DNA of 64,000 bases from Raja brachyura. Lineage: Eukaryota. How positions within the stretch are numbered: position 1 is the stretch's first letter; each line of letters starts with the position of its first letter. Made by a program: the position numbers and the translations under genes. Under the pieces are notes generated by a model. It searched no databases and had not been told where the DNA came from. It saw only the letters and a list, made by a program, of their open reading frames with translations. The stretch covers positions 15,996,001-16,060,000 of the forward strand of contig OY740818.1 in NCBI GenBank assembly GCA_963514005.1, read 5' to 3'. Shown here in pieces: positions 1 to 14,200 of the stretch.

Positions 1-77
1 GTTCACTAGACTTTTAAATGGAACAAAACAAATACATACACAAAGGATTAATATGGATGTCATTTAAAAATCTTAGT

Positions 78-460
78 AACAAAGAACTGCAGATGCTAGT
101 TTATAGCAAAGATAAACACAAAGTGCTGTAGTAATTCTGCGGGTCAGGCACGCATCTGGAGAAAAAGGATTTGTGACTTTTTGGGCCGGGACCTTTCTTC
201 AGACTGAATGTAGGGTGGGGGGGGGGGGGGGGTGGAGAAGAGCTGCAGGCAAGACCAGGACTAATCAGAGCCAGCCATAAATGACCTCAGGCAGGGCAGT
301 ACCCTACCTACCCAATGTTGGCAAGGGAAGATGTGTTCTCAAGCAGAAAAAGCGCGGCGAACTGGAACTGATTAAAAAAAGACCAGGCAGGAAGGAGGGG
401 GAGTGTAAGTAGAAGTTACTTAAAATTAGAGGTCAATGTTCATACCATTCGTTAGCTGGA
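78..460 (-). mobile_element. Degenerate Penelope-like element 3' fragment
   Basis: Shares the AACTGCAGATGCT...CTTCAGACTGA terminal repeat and the 'gtcaatgttcatacc' segment with the copies at 59516 and 63533; ends approximate. Confidence 0.65.
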
Positions 461-1075
461 GCTTAGTCAGAATTATTACCCTTAAAAGGCATACATTGTT
501 CAAGCAAATGGACTGTTTAACAATGACACGTGCCTTGGAAGGATCCAAGGATCCTTCCTTGGTAGCGCTCCCATTTTAAGCATATGAAACGATCCAAATA
601 CAGACAAAACAGGAATGAGACTTCAGTTCTGAGGATCAAGCCATATTGATAAGAAATACAGGGCTATCCAATCCAACTGCCACCAGATAGTTTAAGAGAA
701 CAACATGGGACATTTAAAAGTGCAGCACAGGAACTGATCCCTTGTCCACAATATGTGTGCCCAACATGATAACGTCTTCTGCCCCCATGCAATCCATCAC
801 TATGTGTCTTCATTCCCTGCACATTAATATGTCTATTAAAAAGCCTCTTAAATGCCACTATCATATCTGCTTCCATCATTCCCTTGGCAGTGCATTCCAT
901 GCTCATGGTGGATATAAAGAAACTTGCCCCACACATCTCCTTTCCCCCTCTGACCTTAAAGCTGTTCCCTCTAGCATTAAGGTCATAAGGGATAGATCAA
1001 TTAGGCCATTCAGCCCATAAGTCTACTCCTCCATTTATCTCTCCGTCCTAACCACATTTTCCTGCTTTCTCCTCA

Positions 1076-1197
1076 TTATGCACCACTTTGTGTTGGTCTA
1101 TCACATAAAATCCCAATAAAATACATTTACGTTTGTGGTTGTAACGTGACAAAATGTGGAAAGGTTCAAGGGGTATGAAAACTTTTGCAAGCCACTA
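1076..1197 (+). mobile_element. Solo, partial right TIR of the same Tc1 family as 33201..34811
   Basis: Near-identical to 34689..34811 (…ttcaaggggtatgaa..cttttgcaagccact) and followed by TA. Confidence 0.85.
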
Positions 1198-1200
1198 TAT

Positions 1201-1605
1201 TTGCTACTGATTCAACTTGCAGATTAACTTTTTGTGAATCCTACACCAGCACTCCCAAGTCCCTTTGCACCTCCGATTTCTGGATTCTCTCCCCATTTAG
1301 AAAATAGTTTACGCCTTTATTCCTACAATTAAAATGCATGACACACTTTGCTACACTATATTCCATTTGCCACTTCTCTGCCCACTCTCTCAACCTGTCC
1401 AAGTCCATCTGCAGAGTCCCTGTTTTTTCTACAATACCTGCCCCTCCACTTATTTTCAAATCATCCCCAAACTCGACCACAAAGCCTTCAATCCCCTCAT
1501 CCAAATCATTAATACGCAACGGGAAGAGTAGCGGCCCCAGCACCGACCCCTGCGGAACTCCGCAAATGTCTTGGAACCAATTTCCCCAGAGTGGAAATGT
1601 CAAAC
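1201..1605 (-). mobile_element. CR1-clade LINE reverse-transcriptase fragment
   Basis: ORF 1241..1603: GVPQGSVLGPLLF...FGDDLK (degenerate FADD)...WAEKWQMEY...DLGVLV. Confidence 0.88.
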
Positions 1606-2105
1606 TGTCTACTCTATCTATGCTCCTTGGAATTTCCTCCCAGCTTCCTGTGCTACAGACAAAACAATCAAAGTTTGTCCAACCTCCTCTTGTAACTAAT
1701 GCCCTCTAACAAATGAATTTTAGATTTCATAGAATTTATTGCTGCAGATGCATCATACAACTTGGTTACACTAGTGAGGAAGTATCATTTAACTCCATCT
1801 AATATATCTAACTGGGAGAAGAACGGTGATACTAGGCCAGTACAAAGACATACAATATTTCATATTTTGATATGGTGAACTTTTTTTCCCCCATTTATTA
1901 TATTGTTTACAGTGTACTATGTTTACACATTCTGCTGTGCTGCTGCAAGTCAGAATTTAATTGTTCTATCTGGGACATATGACAATAAAAGACTCCTGAC
2001 TTGACTCTCATTTCTTCTCATTACTTTGAAAGCACGAGCTCCAAGAGCTCATAAACATACGCAGCTTATGAACCACCTCCCCACAATCCGGTCGCAATGG
2101 CTCAC

Positions 2106-2256
2106 CTTGCAACAGCGGACACCAGCAGTTCGTCCACAAAGTTCTGGCATCAGCATCAATTTTCTTTCCTGCCGGCTCCAGGTGGCGCTGTTCTTCAGCC
2201 CAAGAGCTGTAAATGTTGGCAGCTCTGGTGTGTAGTGTGTGCATCAAATCCAGAAG
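2106..2256 (-). CDS. GBF1: GBF1 exon (into HDS3): [23 protein letters not shown]...[11 protein letters not shown]
   Basis: attcag| acceptor, AAG|gtgag donor, 151 nt; ORF 2008..2265. Confidence 0.96.
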
Positions 2257-5200
2257 CTGAATCAAGAGACATGAGCAAGTTAGCTGGATCTTGTAGGTAT
2301 TTTATATAGAAACTGCAAAGTATCTTTTAAAACATGACCCTTGAGCTTGGTCCAACATTCAATTAAATCATGGCTAGCTCTTAACTCCATTTACTCACTT
2401 TGGTTATATTTTATACCCTTGTCTAACAAAGGCCAACTTTTCAAACCTTCAACTGAAACATAGCTTTGAAGCTTCTATCGAAGACAACTACTGCATGAAG
2501 TTGTGCTTCTTGACACCACCCCAGTGCCCTAATTCAGGGTTTGAGCTAATCCCAACTAAAACACTGATATCTCGATTTAGTCCATTAAATCACCCTAAAA
2601 AAATTTAATTTGATCATCCATTAATTTTCCAAAACTTACAAGAATACAAACTACTAATCTTACAATTTAACCTGAGCCCCAGTATTATTCTGGTAACAAT
2701 GTTACACTTCAGTAACACCCCGATTTGAACACTGCACCGACATATTTACCTCCTGTAGGACATATCTACAGGGGGAGCATACACAACAATAGGATTTGTG
2801 TGGTGTGGAGAAGAGGATTTTGCAGTATACATTCATACATATATACAAGGCATACAAGATAGTTTCCTTCATTGGTTATCATTCAGAACAAAGGACAGGA
2901 AGTCACTCTAGAATTATGTACACCTGAAGGCACAGCAACTACTAGAATTCAGATAACCATAGAATGGAAAAGACGCAAATGTGCCACAGACCAGATTTAC
3001 AAGGATGCTGAAAGGACTGAGAATAGTTTGCCACGAAGAAAACGTTGGATAAGCTAGGATTGTTTACTTTTAAATAATGGTAGCTGAGGGGAGACAATTA
3101 AAATGTATAAAATTGAGGTCCAAATAAACTTGGAGCACACATTTCATTGAGCACCAGTGGGGAAAAAAAAAAGAGTATAAATTTAATCAATAAAATTTAT
3201 AGTCACCGAAAACAAATTTGAGATTTTAAGTCTCAAACAGCAGCCGGCAAAAAGTTAACCAAGAAGTTTAAAGGATCGTGTAGGACATTCCCCAAAAGGT
3301 GCATTGCTAATTTAAATCAGACCGCAATAAGACAGAGCTTGATCCAAGATGGGGAGGGGGGTGTTAGAACAGAAAGATAGTGGGAAGGCAAGTTTACTGA
3401 GTTACTCTTGGTTAATTCAAAGGGTGGAAATTTCATAATAAGGAACTCTGAAAAACTAAGGAAAAGGAATAAAAAATAAAATAGGATTCCAAGTTCGACA
3501 GGACAGTCTCATTGAGAACAGGCAGCATGAGGCAAGATGAGGAATCGGAAAGACCTGCTATACTTACATCCTGACTAACCTGCAATGACACAGTGTGATA
3601 ACTTGCTGGTACACTGTCATCTTCATCATCATCACTATGCAACTTTGATGGACGATGGTTAAAAGACTTGGACCGCTTCATCGAACTCTCCTTTTCCTTT
3701 TGTTTCTTCTTTAGTCGGTTTGATTTGTCAAATTTGTAAGTTTTAGATTTCCTTTCATGTGTTTTATACCCTGCAACAAGCCCCAAATTACAAAAACTGT
3801 GTCATTGTGTCGACTGTGATATCAGCAAACCAATGTGGAAGGAAAAAATCCAATCCAATGATCGACAAGCCATGAGGATGGTAACGCCACAATTTTAGCC
3901 ACATGTACTTTCATAGATAATACCTTACCTGGTCTCAAACAATTCTGAAAATAAATATACAAGTGGCAGTCTGCAAAACATCATCTGCCACCCCTGTAAA
4001 CTGCTTCTTCTCTTAGCATCTCACAAACATGCAGACGCACACATGCATATCGTGCAAGAATGGGGACTGAGATCATAGCTGTATATTAATCTTTACTGAA
4101 TGACATGATGCAATGAAAAACAGCTGGATTCCTAAGTTATTACCAATGTTTTGCATGGCTATGCCTTGGTTGATTTTTGAAAGACCCAAGGGGTTTAAAA
4201 TTCTAAAATTATCATTGCTGGACTGCAAAGCAAAGCAAAAAAGATACGCATAACATTTTAATTTATTAGTCACAATTTGCTGCTTAATGTGAAATGCAGA
4301 TTTTTAGTGTAGATCAAGGGAAAGGAAACACTTCCACAACTTACCACCGTTGAGATTTGCTTCTACAAAGATGCGAATTGTTTTTACACAAAGTTCAAAA
4401 TTTTCTGGTGTTACATGGGCAGCATCTCTTACAATAAACGACAGTGATTCCACACACTTGATAAGCGACTTAGTATCGTGTGAGCCCAGATCCTGTCCCA
4501 AAGTTAGGCTGTACTGATTGACTAGAGGAGAACATCCCGGCTTCATGCCTTGCCCAGAGGTTTTGTTGGTATCCAAGTCATCTCTCCCCACCTGCCCAAA
4601 ATATCATCAACAATGTGAGCAATCAGATTTAGAAGTTTAGAAATATACAAAAACATTCTTGCATTATTGCTTCGTCTAGGCATATGATTATATGGCATAA
4701 TCATGTTTCAGTATCCAAGTATATGAAATGCGTATTAAATAGCATCTTAATCAACGTCCCACGATACAGCACTGTCAACCTTGTGCATTTAACACACTGC
4801 AAAATATTTTGAATTTTTAAATGTGCACTGGGATTTGGAGACACTAGAAACTTCAAATCTTTAGTCAATTAGCAAGGTCCCAACTCGAAATGTTGGCTGA
4901 GCATTCCCTCCACACAAGCAGCCTGACCTGTTGTGTTCCTCCAGCACGCTCTGTTGTGCACTAGGTCAGATAGTCAGTGAGCAAAAAGTCGAGTTTTCCA
5001 AGGCTTAGAGAGACAATTAATTTCCTTTTGATGTGTTTGATGTGTAGCAACAATTTAAATTGAAAGGAACATGTTGAAATGAATTGGCCGAAGATCCTGA
5101 GAAGAAGAGATTGTTTGAAAGTATGGTTTCTTACCATCTGGAATATAGAAACAGATTCAATAATAACTTGCAAAATGAAAATGCATTTAGGTTTGAGGTG

Positions 5201-8200
5201 GAATATATAGAATTCCGAAAACAAAGTTGTAGTACAACTGATTGAATTGCCCTTCTGAAAGAAATAGAATAAGTACATCAATCCTTGTAAGCTCCTGTAT
5301 CATGGACAATGCATACACCAAGGTGCTCAGTTAATCCAAAGACATTGTTAAGGTCCAATTGGGGCACTGTGTATGCTTTGATTCGCCCTGCTATAGGAAG
5401 GATGTTATTAAACTTCAAATAATGCAAAACAGATTTATAAGGATATTATTGGGCTGGCCGGAAGAGGATGGGTCTGCCAAGTCGTCTGTCCATGGAATAT
5501 TGGAGACCAAGGGGTGACCTGATAGAGGTTTATAAAATCATGAGGGGCAATGATAAGGTGAATTGCCACAGTCTGTTCCCCAGCAAAGGGTAGTCTAAAT
5601 CTAGAGGGCATAGGTTCAAGGCAAGAGGGGGAAGATTTAAAATGGATCCGAGAGGCAACTTCTTCACACTGAGGGAAGTGGAAACATGGAACAAGCTGCC
5701 AGAAGAAGCGGTAAAGAAGGGCTCAATTATGACATTGTAAAGACAGGTGGACAGGTATGTAGATAGAAAACATTTGGAGCGATATGGGCCAGGCGAGGCC
5801 AGCTTGGTTAGGCAACTTGGTTGGCAATGTTGGTTCGGTCCAAAGCTGTTTCATATTGCATAGCTCTATGGTTCTCTATTAAATACACTCACTGCAGATC
5901 AGCAAACAGTGCTGAAAACTTTTTGTTGCAATAAATAGTTCTATGTTTACTTATCTGCTGTAAGAATTCCATCGTTCAATTTCGGGACACATGACAATAA
6001 AACGCTCTCGACTCTTGGAAACAAGAAGTGAAAATGCGTACAGTTCACTTGTACATGACTCACCACCAGCCAGCCACTGCTGGCAATGTCAACTTCAGTG
6101 GCAGAACGGTGTACCTTGGTCTGCTTCCCATGCTCTGCATACACTTCAGAGTCTGAGGTGTAGCCACGATCTGAATTAACTTCACTAGGGTGGTAGGATG
6201 CAATTTCACTGTCAGATTGCGCACCTTTTAAAGAAGCACAACATTCTTTACTGTAAGATCACGCACACTGAAGTATAGATGCTTAAAATACAAAATAACA
6301 GAAAATCAGAATCTTTATTTATCGGCAGTTCCAACAATATCTGCAAGATATGGCTAACATTTCACGGGTGGCATGATTGCGTAGTGGTAGATCTGCTTGC
6401 TGCCTTACAGCAGACAGTGATCCATGCTCGATCCTGATTACAGGTGCTTGTCTGTACGTTCTCCCGGTGTGTGTTTTCTCCAAGATCCTCCCACATTCTA
6501 AAGACGTACAGGTTTGCAGGTTAATTGGCTTGGTATGAATGTAAAATTGTCCCGAGTGCGTGAAGGAAGCGGAACAGTAGTGCTATATTAAGATCATACA
6601 AACCAAAGTCCAGCAGAAGAACTAACGCCAATGTAGATTTATTCCATTACTTTCCCACTGCATCTTTCTACTATTCATGCCAGGAAAAGGAACCTTGGAG
6701 CATATTCATGCTATTTTTAATTTTCAAGTTGGTACCAGCCATGCTAGGAACCATACAAAGTACAACCCTGATATCGTCAGAGAATAAACACTGGGGCCCG
6801 CTACCCACATTTACTCCACTAAAACCATCTACTTGCAACCAGATTAATGAACCCACATTGACAATATAGTTAGTTGCCCAAATCTGAGAGTAAAGCCACT
6901 GAATGAAAACCAATGTATCTTAACTGGTTGCAACCTCGTTTGGTTTTGGTTGCATTGGATAATTATATGATCAAACACCGAGCCTGTACTGAATATGGGA
7001 TTTTTGAGATCAAAATATATGCATCTCCTGCATTCCTCAAAAAAAGAAAAATTGATTATTCAGATATCCTGGGCCACTTACAAATTTCCTTTGACTCTGT
7101 AGGTCCACTTCTCATAGACCACCCCACCCTGCCTATTCATATGTAGAGTAAGTGTGACATTGAAGAATGAAGGAGCTAATATTTTAAGGAATTCAAAAAA
7201 ACTACATACTTCACAATAAATCGTCTAAATTCTGAATGTGATGCAGAAAGCACCCTTTCGAGATGATCGCAATGTTTAAAGATGTTTCTGTTAGTTAAAA
7301 ATGGCAGCAATTCTCTATTACAGCAGAGCTTTTACAAATATTGATCTATGTTGAGTGTGCATGCACATTTAGCTGCAATAAATTCTAATTAATTGCAATT
7401 TTAATTCCTACTATAAGATTACATGACCGTTTAGAAATACTTTGCCACCACATAATGCCAATTTCCTGTTAGAAAGCTCGCAAAAGAGCAGGATTTCCTA
7501 TTTTTAAAGTACCTAATTAGCAAAGCCCACCTATCCATGTGTGACATTTATCACATTTTGTTTACTTATAATAAGCTCAGCTCAAGTTCAGTGTTTATAG
7601 CAATGAGTGAAATTCAATTCATTAATGGACCTCTTGTTAGATCAATGAGATTTACAGAATATATTAGAGCGTTAATTAAAAAGGCTCCATTTACAGTAAG
7701 CAACTGAAATACCGGGCATCCAATTTCACTTTGCATCCTTATTTTCAGTTTGTTTTCTTCTCCACTATCTTTCCTGCTCTGTTTTGTCTTGAATGAACCA
7801 TCCTACCACAACTAGAGAGCAGTCCTGAGCTACTATCTACCTCAATGGGGACCCTCGGACTATCTTTGATCGGACTTTACTGGCTTTACCTTGCACTAAA
7901 TGTTATTCCCTTATCATGTATCTGTACACTGTGAGTTGCTCGATTGTAATCATGTATTGTCTTTCCGCTGACTGGTTAGCATGCAACAAAAGCTTTTCAC
8001 TGTACCTTGGTACACTTGACAATAAACTGAAACTGAAAGATTAACTGAAATGAAGTAAACACCAGCTGCTTGTTAGTGACATAACATCTGAGTGGCTGCT
8101 TAGTAAAAGGTAATTCTGGAAATTAACCTGCATCATGGCTATCGACTCCAGATGCTATCTGTAGAGCAGGTGGAGGTTTGACTCCTGCGCCAATACATTC

Positions 8201-11200
8201 TAGGAGCGTAAACAAGGTACACCAGTCATCACTCGAGTGAATGTTGGCAGCATTGGTCTTTAGCAGCTCATGCAAGCCATATGCAATTTGTCGGCTCACT
8301 CTTGATAAGACAATTGGTTTCATCATGAGCAGAACTCTCAAGGAGAGAAGCACCTGAAAAATAAATCAAAATATGTTAGAGAAAAATATAATTCATGTTA
8401 TTTCATTCTATTATTTGAAGTGCAATTAGAATTGTCTTGATAGAATACTTCATGAGAAGTGGCAATGGCAGAATCCGCATTGGATACTGCTGAGCACTAA
8501 GTTTACAATAATACTCCTTTTTTTGTAGGAATTTACATCTACCAAAGAAAAACTAACATTAGACCAGATTTCACTGGCTAGTTCCATTGTTCAAAATCCA
8601 ATCTCTGGTGTCCAATGTTTAAACAACATTGTCCAAAACATCTGCACATGAACTGTCAAACTGCAACAACCCAGACTTGCGGACAGATTGTAAATACAAT
8701 ATTTGTCAGTTTACTTCTTGGATTCTGTACATGATTATAAAAGCAAATGAATAAAAGGAATATGATTTTAAAATGAGCTAATAATCTGCTGTGTTGTGAA
8801 TGTGTGGCTTTATGTTGGAAGGTAAATTCAATGATTCCTTAAATGTTCACATTCAAATTGGACCACATTTTTTTTTTAAATTTTATTTTTATAAAGTCTT
8901 TTATGAGCTTGGTCCTGCAATTCCTCGTACCTGTGAACTGATCTCCTCTCTGCGTAGCAACCGTATTGCCAGCCTCAGAAGACCTACAACGGCTCTTTCA
9001 ACAAGGAAGCATTGCTCTGTGGCATGAACAGTCAATTGGTACAGATGGTCTCTTACAGTTTGCCAGACACAGGAGACACGATCTCTGTAGGAAAGAAAAG
9101 CATCAAATAAAAAAGAAATCTTTCACACGTGAAGTTGCTTAAGAAATCCACGAAGGCGGATGATGAAGCATCAGCCCTTCTAGTTTTACCCTTTCTCCGC
9201 ATTGATGGGCCCCAATCATATAATCATATCCAGATGAAGCAGTGATGACAAGCATTTCCCACTCTGAATTACCACTCTTGGTCTTACTGTTGTTCCAATG
9301 AAGCCCAATAGAAACTTGAGGAACACTGCATTACAGACCTTGCAACTTAACGCCAAATTCAACAAATTCAGCTTAGTCTATCCAGATTGTATTGGAACTG
9401 GTCAATTCTGAAAGCATCCTTAACCTGCAATGTTAATACTATATCTCTCATCACAGTTGTTGCCCAACCTGCTGAGTATTTACAAGCATAGCCTGTTTTT
9501 ATTTCAGATCTTCAGCATCTGTAGAATCCTGCTTCTCCACACTGTAGCTCAAAGTTCCTGTATTTTCTTCTTCGTTTTCGCTAGGTTCCAATAAAACACC
9601 TCTCACATACCAATCCTCCAGAGATCTTCAAACCTTTATCACTCTCTCAACTAGCACCACCACTTGCATCATCCAATCTGAAAGCTGGCCTTCACCCTAC
9701 CTCCAACATTCTCTGCTTGATCTACATTTCACAGTTCTGACAGAATATCATTGACTGTGGACATTAATTTTGTGGTTCCATCCATGCTGCTTGATCCAAT
9801 GAACACTGCCTAGATATCTGGCCCATATTCAGCTTCTGAGAGTGGTCAGTTATTCAACCGTGAGGCAGCCCAGACATTGTCTTGTACCTGTTTTCCAGCA
9901 CTATCCGGAGCAGCATCTCAAGGCAAAAAGCCGCATCTTCCTCATCATAGGTCTCCTCGTCTGGTGTAACAGAAATGAGGGCCTAATGAAATTACAAGTT
10001 AAATTAAATTGTTTTAAAGGAAAGATGTCCAAACTAAAGCAAGCTGGTAAAGTTGGTATAAAAACACCAAGGTAAATCAACATGGCATTAAGAATTCATC
10101 ATCAATCTAACAGCTTTTTGATGAAATTGTCAAGTGTGGTAGATTCATGTGGGATAGTTATAGGGCATAAACTGATGAAAGAGATTCATAGAATGTCTTC
10201 AGCAGATTCACAGCCCTCCAAAGGATCTGGGTCTTCCATAAGTTACTAAAATGACCAGGATTTGCCTCATCACAGCAGAACTCTTAACCAAATAGGAGAT
10301 CAACAGTTAAACACAATAACTATGGCCACGAGACATGATAATCAATGACAAGAGCATGAGATTTGGATTGTTTACTTTATAATCATCGAACCTTCATCAG
10401 CTCTTGAAGAGACTCCAACTGAAGGAATTTGCTCTCAGTAATCAGCTTCTCAGGGTCACATTGCTGGAATATAAAAAAAAGTCATGTCATGACCAATGGG
10501 TTTGAGGTAACAGATCATTAAACAATATTTAATCAGTAAATACCCAGATGATAATTCATAACGACACTGTCAAATAATATGAATAGTCTGACAAATAATT
10601 AAACCTTTGAAAATCTCATGATAACCTCATGATACCATCAGGGTTTCTAGTAAATACCGCAACCACGCTGTGCAATTTACATAAAGAAAAAATAAAATTG
10701 AAGCCAGAACAGTTCTCTTTCAGAATTAACATGGTAAAAGAATGCTGTGGGAAGGTGGCCCCTCAAAGCCTGAAGGATGGGGAACGAACGTTGAGCTGAA
10801 AGATTCTACGGAAGAACAGCAGGGGAATATCAGATCATAGTTTTATTGGTGATTTGGATCTATTAAACAACTATTGAACTAACAGCCTAATTACATTTAT
10901 ATAATGATATTTGGGTAATTCCATTTCCAGAATTCAAGTTCATCTTCTTATGATGGCATCACAAGCCAAAATGTACACAGCGTAATTTTAGAGTCTGTCA
11001 TTAATGCAAGTTAACCATTCATTAGCACAGAACAGTATAGCACAGGAACAGGCCCTTCAGCCCAACATGTCTGTGCCAAACATGATGCCGGGTTAAACTA
11101 ATTTCCTCTGCCTGCACATGATCTATATCATTGATAACTTTTTTTAAATGTAGGCAGCTGCAAGGCCCATTTCAGTTCTTTACGGGTATTAATAATGGTA

Positions 11201-14200
11201 CAATCAGAAGGGAAAATTTTATACTCTGACTAATCTAGTAAGACATTGAGAAATATTATCAACAAATAGAACAAAAGGAGAACAAAATGGAAAGTGGTAA
11301 TAGTCTACAAGAATGAAAGGAACACTTCTGTGTAGACAATACTTCTGTGTAAACTCATTTTAGAAAACAATTTTCCATTTCCACAACAAATCTCTTCTTA
11401 AAAGATAAGTGACTTTCAATATATAAGTCATAAAAGTCTACCAAATGTTAAACATCTTGCAAAGGAAAAAAATGTACTCTTTCCAGGCAGTTAAGCAGCA
11501 TTAACTTTAATTTACCTTAATGCATTCCAGAGCTGCTTGCTTGGCCTCTTCATTCTCTATAGAGGGTCCCCTTAGACCAGACTGTTCATTACCACTTAGT
11601 GTGAGCCAACTAACAAAACTCAGGACTGTGGATTCACCACTGCATTTCAATAAAAAACAATTTAGTTCAGTTGCAAATATTTAAAGTCAATATTACACAA
11701 AATTATTTAATATTTATCGACTGCACTGTTTAAGATGACCAAGTAGAACAAACCATTTTAGTATCATTTTTTATTTGTAACAGAATTGGAAGAAATTACT
11801 TATTTGAAACTGTAGCTAAAATGCGAGACCAGCTTAATGTATGACCCATTCATTCATTAAATTTCAATAAAGGACATAAGCTACTACATTGCTCCTGGCA
11901 AGAGGTATAAAGGGCATCAAAGACCCACCCCATCCTAGCCACACTAATTTCACTCCTGCCATCGGGAAGATGATATAGGAACCTGAAAACTGTAAAACCC
12001 AGGTTCAGGAACAGCTTTTTCTCACAGCAACCAGGCTACTAAACACCACAACATCCAAATAAGCTCTGAACTACATAGACGGGAGCATTGGTTTTGGCTT
12101 TGTGCACTATTATTGTTCGTTTGTATGCGTGTGTATATAAAAATATATACTGAACTTTTTATTTCCATTTAATATATTGATTAGAGAGGACTAGGTGTAC
12201 ATATTTTGTTATTCTGCTGCAAGAAAGAATTGTATTATTGTGTTTGGGACATATGACAATAAAACACTCTTGACTCTTTTTCTGCCTCTACGGTAATTTA
12301 TCCTGCCAAATTGTCCCATGGTCTCAAAAAGGCATTAAAAATGGGTATACTTTAAAAATAAGATAATTTGGTGAAATCTCAGATGTATAAAAAATTGTAA
12401 CTGGATGGAGTGAAGCTGTGTGCTGTGATGAAGCTCCTGGTTTATAGCCAGAGTTAGCAAATTTACACTCCAGTAATTATCCAATTATTCTGATCCATTT
12501 TAGGCCACCATTTATCATTTCTTGCATTCCTCATTCAGATTTCCAACCCTCATCGCCTCATTCACGATGCACTCCTCCTCCCAACCCATCTTCCAACAGC
12601 ATCCCCCAAATTCCTTTCTGCTCTTCCTTTCTGAAAGATGCCCTTCTCTCTGCCAATCCTTCATCCTTATCTAAGTATATTTTAACCTTCGTAACTTTGA
12701 TTTGGTCTCAATTTCACAAAAGCAACATTGTGGTAAATCCACGTGTTTATATTCCACATATTAACAATGCAGTGGTGGTTTCAAATGAATTGTTATTCCA
12801 ACATCAAAATCATCTCATTCAGCCATGTAAAGATACATCCTGAGCAGACAACAAACTGCTGAAGGAACTCGATGGGTCAGGCAGCTGCCTGACCCACTGA
12901 GCTCCTCCAGCATTTTTTTTTGCTCAAGATTCCAACATCTGCTGTCTCTTGTGTGTCTACATATTAATCTTACCGATTTGAGGGCGTTTCTTCCCGCTGA
13001 AGTGAGATTTTCCCATTGGGTTCCACAAAGTCTTCTACCTGCAGAAACAAAGATTCACTTGCTAACAAAACTGCAGAATAATAATTGATCAACTTAGTCT
13101 AAATACTTTCAGAACTCAGGTTAGAGAAAGTTATACTTATTTTTTCTTGTTTAAAAGAAATCATGCTTATGTCAAACAGGTGAAATAGCTAGGAAAGTAA
13201 TATGAGTGTAATATGGAGATACTCCAATACAAAATTAATTGTTTTAAAAAATAAAAAAACATGGGTATAATGTGTGCTTACCATGCTGGAAATTCACTTG
13301 TTAACAATTTAGTAGACACTATTTGCATACCTTGGGTATGCAAGCAAATAATTTCACTATGACGTCACATGTGATCAAGTATTCATTCACTTCCTTGACC
13401 TAAACTATGATCTCTTCCACTTTTGACAGATACCACTTGACCCGAGCAGTTTCAAGATTCATTGTTGCTACTGCGGATTTCCATAACACAGTATTTTGCT
13501 TTTGCCATCGCTCTGATCCTCCAAGCAAGGACATTAAGATGACTTGCAGTCAATATGGTAAGAAATCATAGCCTATTGACTACAGGTAATGCATTAGAAT
13601 AAAATGTCAAACTGGCTTTAAAAATTGATAAGTTGTGACCAGCAGGTGGCAGTATTGCTTCAATATTATCACAAATAGACAACAACACTAATAGGCCTCA
13701 TTTTATGAGGAGGTTTTCATTATTACAGCCCTTACTGTTATTTCCATATCTTACTTAGAACTATACAACCAGTAAGGTTAAATAAACTGAAATGAGTTTA
13801 ACTTGGGGTATTAACAATCTTATTTGTAGATTTCACAACCGAGCTTCCTAGGGATTGCTCCACTCTACAAACCCTCTAAAAGTGAAATCTAATACCAAAT
13901 GTCAAGTGTGGAAATCTACAAGTCATGCGCAGTTCTACACCTTCACCCTGCGTGGTGCATATATAATGTAGTCAAAGTTCACCTCACTTTGTCCAATGAA
14001 ACAATGCACTATTTGTCTTCACAAACATTGTTTTATTTTAATAAGCCCTTGTCAAATTCTCAGTGGAACTCACTACTGTTCTGAACTCAGTAATCTCAAG
14101 CTCCTCAATTGTACAGTAAGTTTGTGACATAAACACTCCAGCTTGGTTTAGGCACAGCCGGATTGAAGGAGGAGGGTAGTCTCTAGCACAGTACCAACTC

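Noticed and set aside
213-235. Poly-G/poly-C runs (also ~34836-34851, ~60079-60091) as functional G-quadruplex elements
   Set aside because: They occur within or at the edge of Penelope-like copies; homopolymer length is also assembly-error prone
6366-6440. tRNA gene (also at ~42830-42896 and ~55214-55280)
   Set aside because: tRNA-like heads of V-SINEs, followed by V-domain and tail; no full cloverleaf
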